A DNA stretch of 64,000 bases from Patescibacteria group bacterium (lineage in GTDB: Bacteria > Patescibacteriota > Patescibacteriia > Patescibacteriales > UBA12465): NCBI GenBank assembly GCA_041665845.1, contig JBAYIC010000007.1:3046-67045 (forward strand). The letters are read 5' to 3'. Shown piece by piece: positions 53,713 to 63,653 of this stretch. The first letter of the stretch is position 1. Each line of letters begins with the position of its first letter. Position numbers and translations under genes: made by a program. The notes beneath the pieces were generated by a model, which saw only the letters and a list, made by a program, of their open reading frames with translations, was not told where the DNA came from and searched no databases.

Positions 53713-54651
53713 CTACAAAGTAGTTATTGGCCGACTTTGTGTGATATAGAACTTCCCTTTTTCATAAGCCCATTCGATATCACAAGGAAATTTATAATGT
53801 TTTTCAATTGCTAAACAAACTTTAGCTAATTCTATTACTTGTTTACCGGTTAATTTTTGCTTAGCTTGGGCGGATTTAAGGACCGGAACCCATTTGATCC
53901 CTTTACCGGGGGCTTTAACAATCTTTCTTGTCTGTTCAGAAATATTAATATCAATAATATCAAGGTCTTTTTTGCCTAAAACATAAGAATCGGGGGTAAC
54001 GGATCCAGAAACGATTGCTTCGCCCAGACCATAGCCGGCCTCAATAATCATCTGGTTTCTATCTTGAGTAACCGGGTGAACGGTGAAAGCAATTCCGGAA
54101 ATCTCGGAGTCGACCATTTTTTGAATAACAACCGCGACGCTAACTTTCGTTTTTAACATCTTTTTTTCATGGCGATAAAAAATCGCCCGTGGAGTAAACA
54201 AACTCGACCAACATTTTTTTACATTATCAAGCAAAGTTTTTTCAGTCGTATTTAAATAAGTTTCTAGCTCTCCAGCCCAAGAAGCGGCCGAAGAATCTTC
54301 CGCTGTCGCACTAGAACGAACAGCAACATAAGGCGACTTTAGTTTTTTAAATTCTTGCATTATATCTTTAGCTAAATCTGCAGGCATTTTTACGCCGGCG
54401 ATTAAAGCGCGGATAGTAGATGAAGCACCGTCGACCGAATTAACATCCTGATAATTAACTTTTTTTAATTGCGTTTCTAATTCTTGGGTTAAATCTGTTT
54501 CTTCTAGAAACTTATCGAAGGCTTCGGCTAAAATAACACATCCCGGAGGAACTTTCAGTCCTGCTTGAGTCATTTCACCAAGTGAAGCTCCTTTACCGCC
54601 GGAGGTAGCCGCATCTTTTTTTCCAATTTGAGAAAAAGGTTTGATTAACAT
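53713..54651 (-). CDS. Stand-alone PEP synthase/PPDK N-terminal ATP-grasp (nucleotide-binding) domain protein
   Basis: GGKGASLGEM, VAVRSSATAEDS, ISGIAFT and PCDIEWA blocks of the PPDK_N domain. It has no swivel or PEP-binding domain. Confidence 0.85.
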   Translation of the reverse strand: MLIKPFSQIGKKDAATSGGKGASLGEMTQAGLKVPPGCVILAEAFDKFLEETDLTQELETQLKKVNYQDVNSVDGASSTIRALIAGVKMPADLAKDIMQEFKKLKSPYVAVRSSATAEDSSAASWAGELETYLNTTEKTLLDNVKKCWSSLFTPRAIFYRHEKKMLKTKVSVAVVIQKMVDSEISGIAFTVHPVTQDRNQMIIEAGYGLGEAIVSGSVTPDSYVLGKKDLDIIDINISEQTRKIVKAPGKGIKWVPVLKSAQAKQKLTGKQVIELAKVCLAIEKHYKFPCDIEWAYEKGKFYITQSRPITTL

Positions 54652-54682
54652 ATTATTTATTATTAATAACTAACTGATTAAC

Positions 54683-56536
54683 TTATTTTATAATTTTATC
54701 ATTAGCAATCTCTTTTTTCAATTTAGCCTCACTAATAATATCGATTTTACCGTGAGTAGCATCAACGTCAATTATCATTCCATCTTGCAAAATTTTTGTT
54801 GCAACTTTAGTCCCGACTACGCAAGGGATTCCAAGTTCTCGAGAAATAATCGCCGCATGGCAAGTTATTCCGCCGACGTCTGTAACAATTGCCGAAGCTT
54901 TTTTAATCGCCGGTACTAAGTCGGGAGTAGTAGCGATTGAAATTAAAATATCACCCACTTTCATTTTTGCCATATCAGAAATAATATTGATAATCTTTAC
55001 TTCTCCACGTGCCCTTCCCGGAGAAGCACAATCTCCGGCTAAAATTTTGATATCACCTATTTCTTCTTTTAAAATATTAAGTTTAGAAACAAAATCTCTA
55101 GCCTTATCACCCGTTAAAAAGATTCCTGTTTTTGGTTTATTACTTGAATAATAAATACTAAAACTATAACGCTCATTTAATAGTTCGGCCGAAATATTAC
55201 CGCCTCTTAAAATATGTAATAATTCTGAAGGATTTAAATAGCGAACTTGGCGTAAAGATAAATACTGACGGCGGCTTATTTCACGATATAAGTTTTCCAA
55301 TACTGATAGGGCGTGAAATATTGCATCTTTTCTTGAACCTTTAGTAAAAACTAAATCGCGGGCAAACTTAAAAATTCCTAAATGCTTAGCATCCATATCT
55401 AATGTTTTCTCCAATTCCTGTTGGCGTCTTTCAGTTTTTATCTTGTTTTCTTCGCTTTCTTGAATCGCGTTATCGGGATTTATTTTTTGTCTTATTAAAC
55501 TACTCAAAATATCTATAAAATATTCTTGATTCCAGCCAGGGCCGACCATTCCGTAGCCTAGCGAACCAAAACCTTCAACATGTTTTTTTAATTTAAGCGC
55601 AATTTTTTTATCAACCAACGCTATTTCTGCCGCGATTATTCTCGACTCGGTAAGACTAAAATATTCTTTCAACTTAGAATCAGAAATTATATCTTTTAAA
55701 ATAAGTAGTAGGGCTCGATACTCTTCTGCCGATTTTGACGGCTGCAAGGGAGTTGTTAAAACAGAAAAAGTATCACCCATCGATAATCCCGCCCTCTTAA
55801 CCTTTACCTCTAAATAACTCATTAAATATTTAGAGAATGTTCCCTCCCCAAAATCTAAAACTGTTTGCGGTAAATGAAGAAGATGCAAATCGGTATAAAC
55901 TTTAAAAAATTTCTCAAAGATATTGGCTAATTCTAAATCAGAACAAGCCTTTAAATTTGTTTTTCTTAGTCTATCAGAAGCTTGATAAAGATTGACTATA
56001 TTTTTTTCCAAGTCACCAATATATTTTCCACACCAAGCAGAATTATCTTTAACTCGATTAAAAATCTCGGTATTCATCTCGTAAAAATCCTTCTTTGAAG
56101 TTAAAAGCTGGCAAAAATTATTTTCAAAAATAGTAACTAAGGTTCCGAGATTAGTCTTAAAATCATACAACCGACTAAATTCATCGGCCATTTCGGCATT
56201 CCAAGCTGGCGAGGTAAAAAGCGGATAATAGTTTGGCATCTCTTCAAGACAAAAAATTTCATCCCCGCCATTATTAGCAGAATATTTTTTAAACATCGAT
56301 TCTAGGTCGGAAAAAAATTTACTCGCCTGATTGGCAAAAAAATATTTCTTGCCGGAAATATTTTCTGTTACCAAAAATTTCCCGGTAACCAGATTAGCTA
56401 ATTCTTTATGAACATTAGCTTGATCTAAACCGAGAGTTTTAACAACTTCACGCGCATAATATTTCTTATCAGAATTTTTGAAAAATAAAGATAAAATATC
56501 CAAACGTGTTTGCGAACTAATTAAATGATTTAACAT
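54683..56536 (-). CDS. wHTH + unknown helical domain + PEP-utilising swivel phosphohistidine domain protein
   Basis: N-terminal ArsR-like wHTH. C-terminal GRARGEVKII...TDVGGITCHAAIISRELGIPCVVGT. Confidence 0.75.
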   Translation of the reverse strand: MLNHLISSQTRLDILSLFFKNSDKKYYAREVVKTLGLDQANVHKELANLVTGKFLVTENISGKKYFFANQASKFFSDLESMFKKYSANNGGDEIFCLEEMPNYYPLFTSPAWNAEMADEFSRLYDFKTNLGTLVTIFENNFCQLLTSKKDFYEMNTEIFNRVKDNSAWCGKYIGDLEKNIVNLYQASDRLRKTNLKACSDLELANIFEKFFKVYTDLHLLHLPQTVLDFGEGTFSKYLMSYLEVKVKRAGLSMGDTFSVLTTPLQPSKSAEEYRALLLILKDIISDSKLKEYFSLTESRIIAAEIALVDKKIALKLKKHVEGFGSLGYGMVGPGWNQEYFIDILSSLIRQKINPDNAIQESEENKIKTERRQQELEKTLDMDAKHLGIFKFARDLVFTKGSRKDAIFHALSVLENLYREISRRQYLSLRQVRYLNPSELLHILRGGNISAELLNERYSFSIYYSSNKPKTGIFLTGDKARDFVSKLNILKEEIGDIKILAGDCASPGRARGEVKIINIISDMAKMKVGDILISIATTPDLVPAIKKASAIVTDVGGITCHAAIISRELGIPCVVGTKVATKILQDGMIIDVDATHGKIDIISEAKLKKEIANDKIIK

Positions 56537-56564
56537 ATTCCCATATATAATTTATGTTTTATAA

Positions 56565-56593
56565 ATTATATAAATATATTGTTTTATTGTCAA
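56565..56593 (-). promoter_or_regulatory. Sigma70-like promoter
   Basis: Minus strand TTGACA-17-TATAAT, about 30 nt upstream of ATG 56536. Confidence 0.65.
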
Positions 56594-56633
56594 TACTTAT
56601 TGTAAATAATACAATAAAGACGTAGTGCCATAA

Positions 56634-58514
56634 TTAAGCCCTTTCAATCACTTTTACTATTCCCTTATCGGCATCAACTTCCACTAAATCACCATCATGA
56701 AGCACCTTGGTAGCGATTTTAGTCGCAATTACGCAAGGTTTCCGCATTTCGCGAGCGACGATAGCGGCATGAGAAGTTACTCCGCCCTGATCAGTTACAA
56801 AGGCCGCCGCCTTTTTCATTGCTGGGACTAAATCGGGTTGAGTAGAAATAGAAACTAAAATATCGCCTTCCTGCATTTTTTGCATATCGGAGATTATATT
56901 TACTATTCTAACTTTGCCACGCGCTTGACCGCGACAACCACATTGTCCTTTGAGTTCAGAGGCTTCAATCTCTTCATGTTTTTGAATATATTTTTCAACA
57001 ATATTTTTTGCTTCTTCACCGCTATAAAATAACTCTGTATCTTTAGCGGTATAGTAGACGCAGAACTCAACACGTTTTTTAATTTCTGCTTTATCAATAG
57101 CACCATCAAAAAGTGCCGCTTTAATTTCCGAAGACTTCATAAAACGCAACTCTTTTAATTTTATACCTACTCGATCGGCGATTTCTTCTAAAATAAAAGT
57201 AGTTTTATAGAGCGCAAACAGCTGAGCATAACGGCGATAAGTTTTAGTAACCATAAAATCTCCCCAAGCAGAAAAGAAGCGTTGAATATCTTTTTCTAAT
57301 TTTAATTGTTCAATTAATTCTTTTCGCTCTTTAAGAGTCTTGACAGTATGTGTCTCTTGCTCAAAAAATGTTTCCGCTAAATTTGCATCACCATTTACCA
57401 TTCTCACTAATTCTTTCAAATAATGCTCAAAATCATAAACACCTTGTTCTTCCGTATAAATAAATTTAGTATAAAAATATTTATGATAATGATCTTCAAG
57501 ATGCGACATTATTTCCGGAGCGATTTCTGCTTTTAAACCGCGCACGACTTCCGAAAACTTAGCTTCATATTCTTCACTATGCGTATAAAGCCCAAAAAAC
57601 TTAACATCTTCTTCTTTAAATTTTCTAAATAACTCTTTAAAAATGGCTAGTTGCGCCGGATTATTCTGAACCATGATACCAATTTTCATGAGATTATCCT
57701 GCTCCTCTTTTAAGCGCGAGGCTTTATCTGGTTGAGTGAGAAGAGATAAATATTCTTCAATTTTATTATCAGATACGCCGATTTTTTTTAAAATACTTTT
57801 ACCGCGATTTGTTAAATTATCGCCGAACATATCAGCCGCAACCGGAATCCAGCCATAACGATAATAATCTAAATGAGTATCTTCATGCTCTTGATAATAT
57901 TTCCATAATTTTTCTTTACTTAGTTTTTGCAAACCACTTTCCGGAATACAAGCGACTACTTCATTTAGTTTATCGGAATATAATCTTATTTTGGCGTTTA
58001 CTTCTTCCATAAAATCAATATCGCCAAGAAACTTATCAACCAAATGTTCCCCGCCCTCATGCGCATCAGCCTTATCAAAATAAAAACAAAGATTATAACC
58101 ATGATAAACACCTACTATTTGTTTGTAAGCATGTCCGCCCGGCTCCTGAAAACCATTGGTAAAACAATAAAAAGGAATTGCCATAAACCAAGGACTAATA
58201 TTCATTATCTCCTCCGCTAAGAACCAATCATGTTTAAACATCTGTTCTAAATTTTGTTTATTATTTTTTGCAAGTAACGATTTAAGCTCATCTATCGCCT
58301 GATAATTTTTATTTAATAAATAATATTTTTTCTTGCCAATAATTTCTTGGCTCACTATCCTCTCGTCTATTAAGCCGCTTAGCTCGCGAGAAACATTAGC
58401 GCTATTTTTATTTAAGGTACTTGCTATTTCACCTAAATAAAACTTAGCTCCTTCGGATTGACTAAGAAGTTCCAAAATTTCATAAGTAGTTTGAGATTTA
58501 AATAGATTTTTCAT
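56634..58514 (-). CDS. wHTH + unknown helical domain + swivel phosphohistidine domain protein (paralog)
   Basis: N-terminal wHTH. C-terminal GQARGKVRIV...TDQGGVTSHAAIVAREMRKPCVIAT. Confidence 0.75.
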   Translation of the reverse strand: MKNLFKSQTTYEILELLSQSEGAKFYLGEIASTLNKNSANVSRELSGLIDERIVSQEIIGKKKYYLLNKNYQAIDELKSLLAKNNKQNLEQMFKHDWFLAEEIMNISPWFMAIPFYCFTNGFQEPGGHAYKQIVGVYHGYNLCFYFDKADAHEGGEHLVDKFLGDIDFMEEVNAKIRLYSDKLNEVVACIPESGLQKLSKEKLWKYYQEHEDTHLDYYRYGWIPVAADMFGDNLTNRGKSILKKIGVSDNKIEEYLSLLTQPDKASRLKEEQDNLMKIGIMVQNNPAQLAIFKELFRKFKEEDVKFFGLYTHSEEYEAKFSEVVRGLKAEIAPEIMSHLEDHYHKYFYTKFIYTEEQGVYDFEHYLKELVRMVNGDANLAETFFEQETHTVKTLKERKELIEQLKLEKDIQRFFSAWGDFMVTKTYRRYAQLFALYKTTFILEEIADRVGIKLKELRFMKSSEIKAALFDGAIDKAEIKKRVEFCVYYTAKDTELFYSGEEAKNIVEKYIQKHEEIEASELKGQCGCRGQARGKVRIVNIISDMQKMQEGDILVSISTQPDLVPAMKKAAAFVTDQGGVTSHAAIVAREMRKPCVIATKIATKVLHDGDLVEVDADKGIVKVIERA

Positions 58515-58631
58515 ATATTTGTCTACTGGGCAATAATTATTGCCCTACAAACAAATAATATATTATAAACGGATAAAAGTCAAGATAAATTAGGTAAAAA
58601 GGATAATAATATCAGGAGAAAGTGCTATATA

Positions 58632-58660
58632 TTGACAAATTTATCATAATGTTATATAAT
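58632..58660 (+). promoter_or_regulatory. Sigma70-like promoter
   Basis: TTGACA-17-TATAAT, about 100 nt upstream of ATG 58768. Confidence 0.65.
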
Positions 58661-58767
58661 ACAGAGAATGAACTTTGAAAATTTTTGTTAAACAATCCGG
58701 CTGGTCTTTTTTGACTAGCTATAAACGCCTCTTGTCCCGTAGGTAGATCACGGGGCTAATCTGTATA

Positions 58768-59403
58768 ATGGGAAATACTACAACTAATGCCATCATTTTT
58801 CGTCATGGGCGAAAAGACGGTAACAACAACATTACTGAAGAACAAATCGCCGAAATTTTGGAAAATGGCGTTCCTGGGCTCAACGAAATAATCATGGGCC
58901 AAAAAAAAGTTATCGTGCACTTTGGTAGCGACTTCGCACGGACCGAACAAACCGTTATGGCATTCAAAACGTATGCTGAAAAAATTGGTTTATGCGAGTT
59001 CGACGGGTATCTCCCCTCCAATAATCGTTATGGCAACGAGGAAATGTTCGCCGAATTTATGGCAAACCCCGAAATCGTTGCTCAAGCCAAACAAAGTAAT
59101 TGGTATGAAGCTTTCAACCAATTTAATCCGCGGTTTGTAGAAAGAGTTCAGGCTGACATGTTAGAGGCTTTAATTGAAGACCTCAACGCCGTTGAACCTG
59201 GTTCGACTATCATTATGGTTGGCCATACTCCAACAATCGAATGGCTCACATTTGCCGTTGACACGACCGGAAAAATTTCCCGGAAAGCCCAATTAAAAGA
59301 ACTTACGGGTTTTGTATTCACCCGCAACGTTTTTAACTTAAAAGGTAAGGCTAAGCCATCTCGCCAGAACCGGATATATATCTCTGGAACGATTGGTTTC
59401 TAA
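58768..59403 (+). CDS. Histidine phosphatase (PGAM-like) family protein
   Basis: RHG motif (IIFRHGRKDG) and a later IIMVGHTP motif. Confidence 0.7.
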   Translation: MGNTTTNAIIFRHGRKDGNNNITEEQIAEILENGVPGLNEIIMGQKKVIVHFGSDFARTEQTVMAFKTYAEKIGLCEFDGYLPSNNRYGNEEMFAEFMANPEIVAQAKQSNWYEAFNQFNPRFVERVQADMLEALIEDLNAVEPGSTIIMVGHTPTIEWLTFAVDTTGKISRKAQLKELTGFVFTRNVFNLKGKAKPSRQNRIYISGTIGF

Positions 59404-59522
59404 AACTTTGCCCCCTCTCTCTTTGCTCTCTCAAACTTAACGTCGATCGACGTAATCGATCAACAAAAAAACCGATGTTTCAACAGCACCGGTTTTTTAT
59501 TTGCGAAAAGGTTTAAATTTTT

Positions 59523-60425
59523 TTATTTTTTGCCTTCAATATTATTTCTATATTCTTGAGATAAATCTTTAATTTTATTTTCATCAACTAAATATTCTTT
59601 ATCTCTAAATAATAATTTTACAGTTTTTTGTTTATTCGTATCTATGCTCACTGCAAATTCTATTTTTTCTCCAGGGCTTAAAGCGCCCCCTATTTCTTCA
59701 AGATTCCTAAATCCAATTACTTCTTGTAAAAATGGTTCAATCTTTGGACCATGTGTTACATTAATTAATCGCACTTCACTACCATTATAGAAACGCTCAG
59801 TCATCCCTAGCTCCATAGCAGCTCTCTCGCCAATTTCTACGGCCGTTTCGTGTCCAGTTAAAACTCCATTCTCTTTGCAAATCTCTGGATTATCAAGATA
59901 CCATTGGACGATTAAGGAATATTTATCTAGCTTTGCACCTAGTTTCATTTGTTCCTCTGCCCAAGCACTAGCTAAAGGCATAATCTTACCAAAATTAGCC
60001 GTTGCATCCAATTCTTTTCTGGTTCTAATATTAAATTCATTAACATCTCTTTGATTATTGTTTAAATTCTCCGCTTTGGTTCCTTGTAACGATTCCAGTG
60101 TTTTATTTATAACTCTAGTATCATCTTCAACATTTTGTAGCATTAAATCAACCGTTTCTTGCGCCCTTAATTTTGGGGAAGCATAGCCTTTGACCGCCGC
60201 TTCCTTTATTTCACTTCCGTCAAACGCCGCCGCCGCTTGGCCCTTTTCCGTTAAAAAATCAGCGCTCATTCCTGTTACTGGATCCTTGCCTGGGTCTTGA
60301 TGACGTTTAAATTCGATAACTGCTTTAATATTCTTCCCAAACTCTTTTTGCTCCGACTCAGCTGTGTTTTTTATCTGACCGGCAGCAGCAGAATTTTCTA
60401 CTTTACCAAAATTAAAGAAACTCAT
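59523..60425 (-). CDS. Divergent histidine-phosphatase-family-like protein
   Basis: FKRHQDPGKD and INVTHGPKIE correspond to the RH(G) and (G/T)H motifs. Paralog of 61226..62173. Confidence 0.45.
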   Translation of the reverse strand: MSFFNFGKVENSAAAGQIKNTAESEQKEFGKNIKAVIEFKRHQDPGKDPVTGMSADFLTEKGQAAAAFDGSEIKEAAVKGYASPKLRAQETVDLMLQNVEDDTRVINKTLESLQGTKAENLNNNQRDVNEFNIRTRKELDATANFGKIMPLASAWAEEQMKLGAKLDKYSLIVQWYLDNPEICKENGVLTGHETAVEIGERAAMELGMTERFYNGSEVRLINVTHGPKIEPFLQEVIGFRNLEEIGGALSPGEKIEFAVSIDTNKQKTVKLLFRDKEYLVDENKIKDLSQEYRNNIEGKK

Positions 60426-60467
60426 AAATTTGTTAACCTAATAGGCTAGGTTTTAATTATAAATTAA

Positions 60468-61097
60468 TTAATATTTTAAGATAGACTTTGCTTTTTTACT
60501 AAAGTCTATAAAATTTTTATATAAAATAATATTGAGACCGATTTTCTGAGGATGGATTAAATTAAAGTCTTGATCATCAATCATTAATACTTCATCCGGC
60601 CTTAATTTATATTTCTTTAAAATATATCTAGCAGTTTCTGGTGATTTTTTATCAATGTTTAGATAATAAGTATTAGTAGCTTCAAAATGATTAGCTAGGG
60701 CAAACTTCTTCATCGCATATCTGAATTGTCCTGGAGTATTTTTAGATAGTAATAAGATTTTATAACCCTCTTGCTTACGCATTAAAGCCCATTTAAATAC
60801 TTGTTTGTTTAAATGTTGAAAAGATAAATGTTTGGCGAGTAATTCTGCTCCCGATTCTTTAATCCCCAGCTCCTTGGCGGTTAAGTCGGTTGCTTGTTTC
60901 TCAGAAATTTTCCTAGTCGCGGCTTGGCAAAAATATTTATGATAAACAATTTTGTAACAATATTCATAATCAAATCCATATTTTTTACATAGCCACTCGC
61001 AAGTATCCCGGTAACTGCCTAAAGACATCACACCATACAAATCTATGACAATTAGTTTGATTGCGTGTTTTGATTTTAATTGTTTTTGTTTCATCAA
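60468..61097 (-). CDS. HAD-superfamily hydrolase-like protein with an atypical motif I
   Basis: VIDLYGV (the second Asp is replaced), LLSKNT and MIDDQDFN. Confidence 0.6.
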   Translation of the reverse strand: MMKQKQLKSKHAIKLIVIDLYGVMSLGSYRDTCEWLCKKYGFDYEYCYKIVYHKYFCQAATRKISEKQATDLTAKELGIKESGAELLAKHLSFQHLNKQVFKWALMRKQEGYKILLLSKNTPGQFRYAMKKFALANHFEATNTYYLNIDKKSPETARYILKKYKLRPDEVLMIDDQDFNLIHPQKIGLNIILYKNFIDFSKKAKSILKY

Positions 61098-61225
61098 CTC
61101 TATACTATGAATTATGTTTCAGCTAATCTATTTGTATAACATTTTATTGTACAGATGAATTACGTTATTGTAAATTGTAAAAAATACCATATATTTAAAC
61201 ATGTTTGAATGCTCTCAATATAAAA

Positions 61226-62173
61226 TTATATTTCAGCATTTTTCTCCAACTTATTAGAAGAACTAATCGGCGTTACCGCAGCTTCAAAAGTAGCGCGGCG
61301 ACTAATTATTGCATTGATCGTTCCTGGAGTAATTTCAATTTCTTTCTGTTCTCCTTTATCGGGGTAGGATAAAATTATTGATTGCGCCTCTCCCTTATTT
61401 ACAATTCTCAAGCTCATTCCCTTCGTTTCCGCCCAGCCATTTCCCAGGCCGTTTAAAAACTTATTGCATGCCTCTCTCCCTTCTTGCAATTTCAAGAGCT
61501 CAGCCATAAAAGATTCTGGAACACCTTGATGGGTAGCTAAATATCTTTCTAAGTGAAGAGGAAATTCTTCGCCATCTTTTTTCTTTTCATCAGCTAACCG
61601 GTTGAAATTGTTACCAATCTTACTATAACGATTTACTAGCTCTGCAATGTTGCCGGCTTGGCGCAAATAAGTGGTAGAAATTTTATCACCTTTTTCTATT
61701 GCTTGTTTATCACTATCTTCAGAAAGCCATTTCATATAATAGCCAGATTTAAAAGCGGTCTCTCCTTCATGATGAACAGGCCCGTCTAAATTAAAGCCCA
61801 ACCTATCATCGCGATATATTTTTTTGCCCATTTTTATTTCTTCAGCAACTTTATCATTCATTTCTCCTAAACTATCTCCAACTTTAATTTTGTCTTCATT
61901 AGCTAACATCGCTAACATTGCCGTTTCTGCCGCCCTATCCATTAAACTAGCACCAGCAACTGAAACATTTACGTCGGGATTAAGTTCTAGCCCCTTTTCA
62001 TGAGCAAGCGCCCTTCCTTCTGGCGTTAACAATAATTCGAGATTGGGTCGGTTTGGGTCATTTTCTTTTTTACTATGACGAAAAATTTCTAGCCTAACTT
62101 CTGTTTCTAGAGGCTTCTCGACTTCCGCCTTTTTCTCTGTCCCTGCTTGCTGCTCTGGAAAAAGTTTAAACAT
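61226..62173 (-). CDS. Divergent histidine-phosphatase-family-like protein
   Basis: EIFRHSKKEND and YLATHQGVPE motifs. Confidence 0.45.
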   Translation of the reverse strand: MFKLFPEQQAGTEKKAEVEKPLETEVRLEIFRHSKKENDPNRPNLELLLTPEGRALAHEKGLELNPDVNVSVAGASLMDRAAETAMLAMLANEDKIKVGDSLGEMNDKVAEEIKMGKKIYRDDRLGFNLDGPVHHEGETAFKSGYYMKWLSEDSDKQAIEKGDKISTTYLRQAGNIAELVNRYSKIGNNFNRLADEKKKDGEEFPLHLERYLATHQGVPESFMAELLKLQEGREACNKFLNGLGNGWAETKGMSLRIVNKGEAQSIILSYPDKGEQKEIEITPGTINAIISRRATFEAAVTPISSSNKLEKNAEI

Positions 62174-62191
62174 ATTGTTTTAGTTATTTAA

Positions 62192-63652
62192 TTATTTTCT
62201 TTTTAATATTTTTACTATCCCCTGATTAGCATCAACTTCTAACCAATCATCATCTTTTATTTCTTTACTAACATGTGATAATCCAACCACACAAGGAATT
62301 TTCATTTCTCGACTAATAACAGAAACATGGGCAGTAATTCCTCCTTCTTCGGCAACAATCGCACCAACTCGAGATAGAATTGGAACAAAATCTGGCCCAG
62401 TATTCATCACCACTAGAATATCACCCTTATTTACTTTATGAAAATCTTTGGGCGAATGGACAATTTTTGCTTTTCCAATTGCGCTCCCCTTGCAAGCCGT
62501 TCGACCAGTAAATTCACCGGTAATATTTTTAGAATATGCTAAAAACTTTTTTGCATATTTATCAGCAAACGCACCAATATATTTTAATCTTATTTTACCA
62601 GTTAAGCTTACAAAAACTGTATGTCTTTGATAAATAGCCGTTTCTTTTTTGTTATACTTCTTACCCGCGGCTAAATTAATAGCATCCGCGTGGCTTAAAT
62701 CCTTTATATCTTCGACAGAGACTCCTGTACGCCTGCTGATTTCCTGAAAAATACCTTCACCAAATAACTGTAGTTTATTGGTCGAGAATTTAAAATAATC
62801 TTTAAGATAACTTACCTCACCGGTAACTTTGGCAACCAGCTTATCTTTTTTTGATAATTTATTTACAATCGCCATTCGTTCTCTTTGCTCTTTAATGAAG
62901 TTTTTCTTAATATTTTTTAAAAGCTTGTTTGGGTTTTTCTTAATCAAAACTTTTACTCTATTTTCATAACTAATTAAAGTAGATAATGGCTCATCATAAT
63001 ACCCAAGGCTAAGCCAATGGAATTTATTATAAATTTTCTTCAACTCTTTATTATATATATCTGATTTAGACTTAATAATTTTTTGCGAAACTTTATCCGC
63101 TAGAGTAAGTAAGGCAATATTTTCTTGAGTCGCAAAACTTTGACGAGAAGAGGCTGATAATAGGCTACTATAATCTGCATTTTTTAGATGACCGGATGAA
63201 TTTTTAAAATATTCCAATACGCCGCGGTCTATTAAACGTAAAGTCATAGCCGCTTTATGTAATTCTTGAGTTTGAATATAATAAAAAGAAAGTAAATTCC
63301 CTAATTTCTTATCAGTTAACTGCAGAGTAGGCTGTGCACTTATATAGCTAATGGCCCCTTCCCTAACCGTTGTTAAATAATTTTCTAGAGTATTTAACAA
63401 ATTAGGCTTTTTAGTAAACCTATCTAAAGCTGATAAAAAATGATTTTTATCTTTAACGGCATAATAAATCTGAAATTTGCTATCTTTATATTCAACAATA
63501 GTAATTGTGTTAATCGGAAATAGATCATGCTTTTGCCAACAATAATTTGCTACCACTTCGGCAATATAAAGATGCGAAGAGCGGCTCGCTTCAGGAATTA
63601 TTTGGTAACCATTTAAATCAATTATTTTATTATCAACCACACTTTTTTTCAT
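62192..63652 (-). CDS. Unknown helical domain + swivel phosphohistidine domain protein (paralog, no wHTH)
   Basis: C-terminal CKGSAIGKAKIV...AEEGGITAHVSVISREMKIPCVVG. Confidence 0.75.
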   Translation of the reverse strand: MKKSVVDNKIIDLNGYQIIPEASRSSHLYIAEVVANYCWQKHDLFPINTITIVEYKDSKFQIYYAVKDKNHFLSALDRFTKKPNLLNTLENYLTTVREGAISYISAQPTLQLTDKKLGNLLSFYYIQTQELHKAAMTLRLIDRGVLEYFKNSSGHLKNADYSSLLSASSRQSFATQENIALLTLADKVSQKIIKSKSDIYNKELKKIYNKFHWLSLGYYDEPLSTLISYENRVKVLIKKNPNKLLKNIKKNFIKEQRERMAIVNKLSKKDKLVAKVTGEVSYLKDYFKFSTNKLQLFGEGIFQEISRRTGVSVEDIKDLSHADAINLAAGKKYNKKETAIYQRHTVFVSLTGKIRLKYIGAFADKYAKKFLAYSKNITGEFTGRTACKGSAIGKAKIVHSPKDFHKVNKGDILVVMNTGPDFVPILSRVGAIVAEEGGITAHVSVISREMKIPCVVGLSHVSKEIKDDDWLEVDANQGIVKILKRK

Positions 63653-63653
63653 A

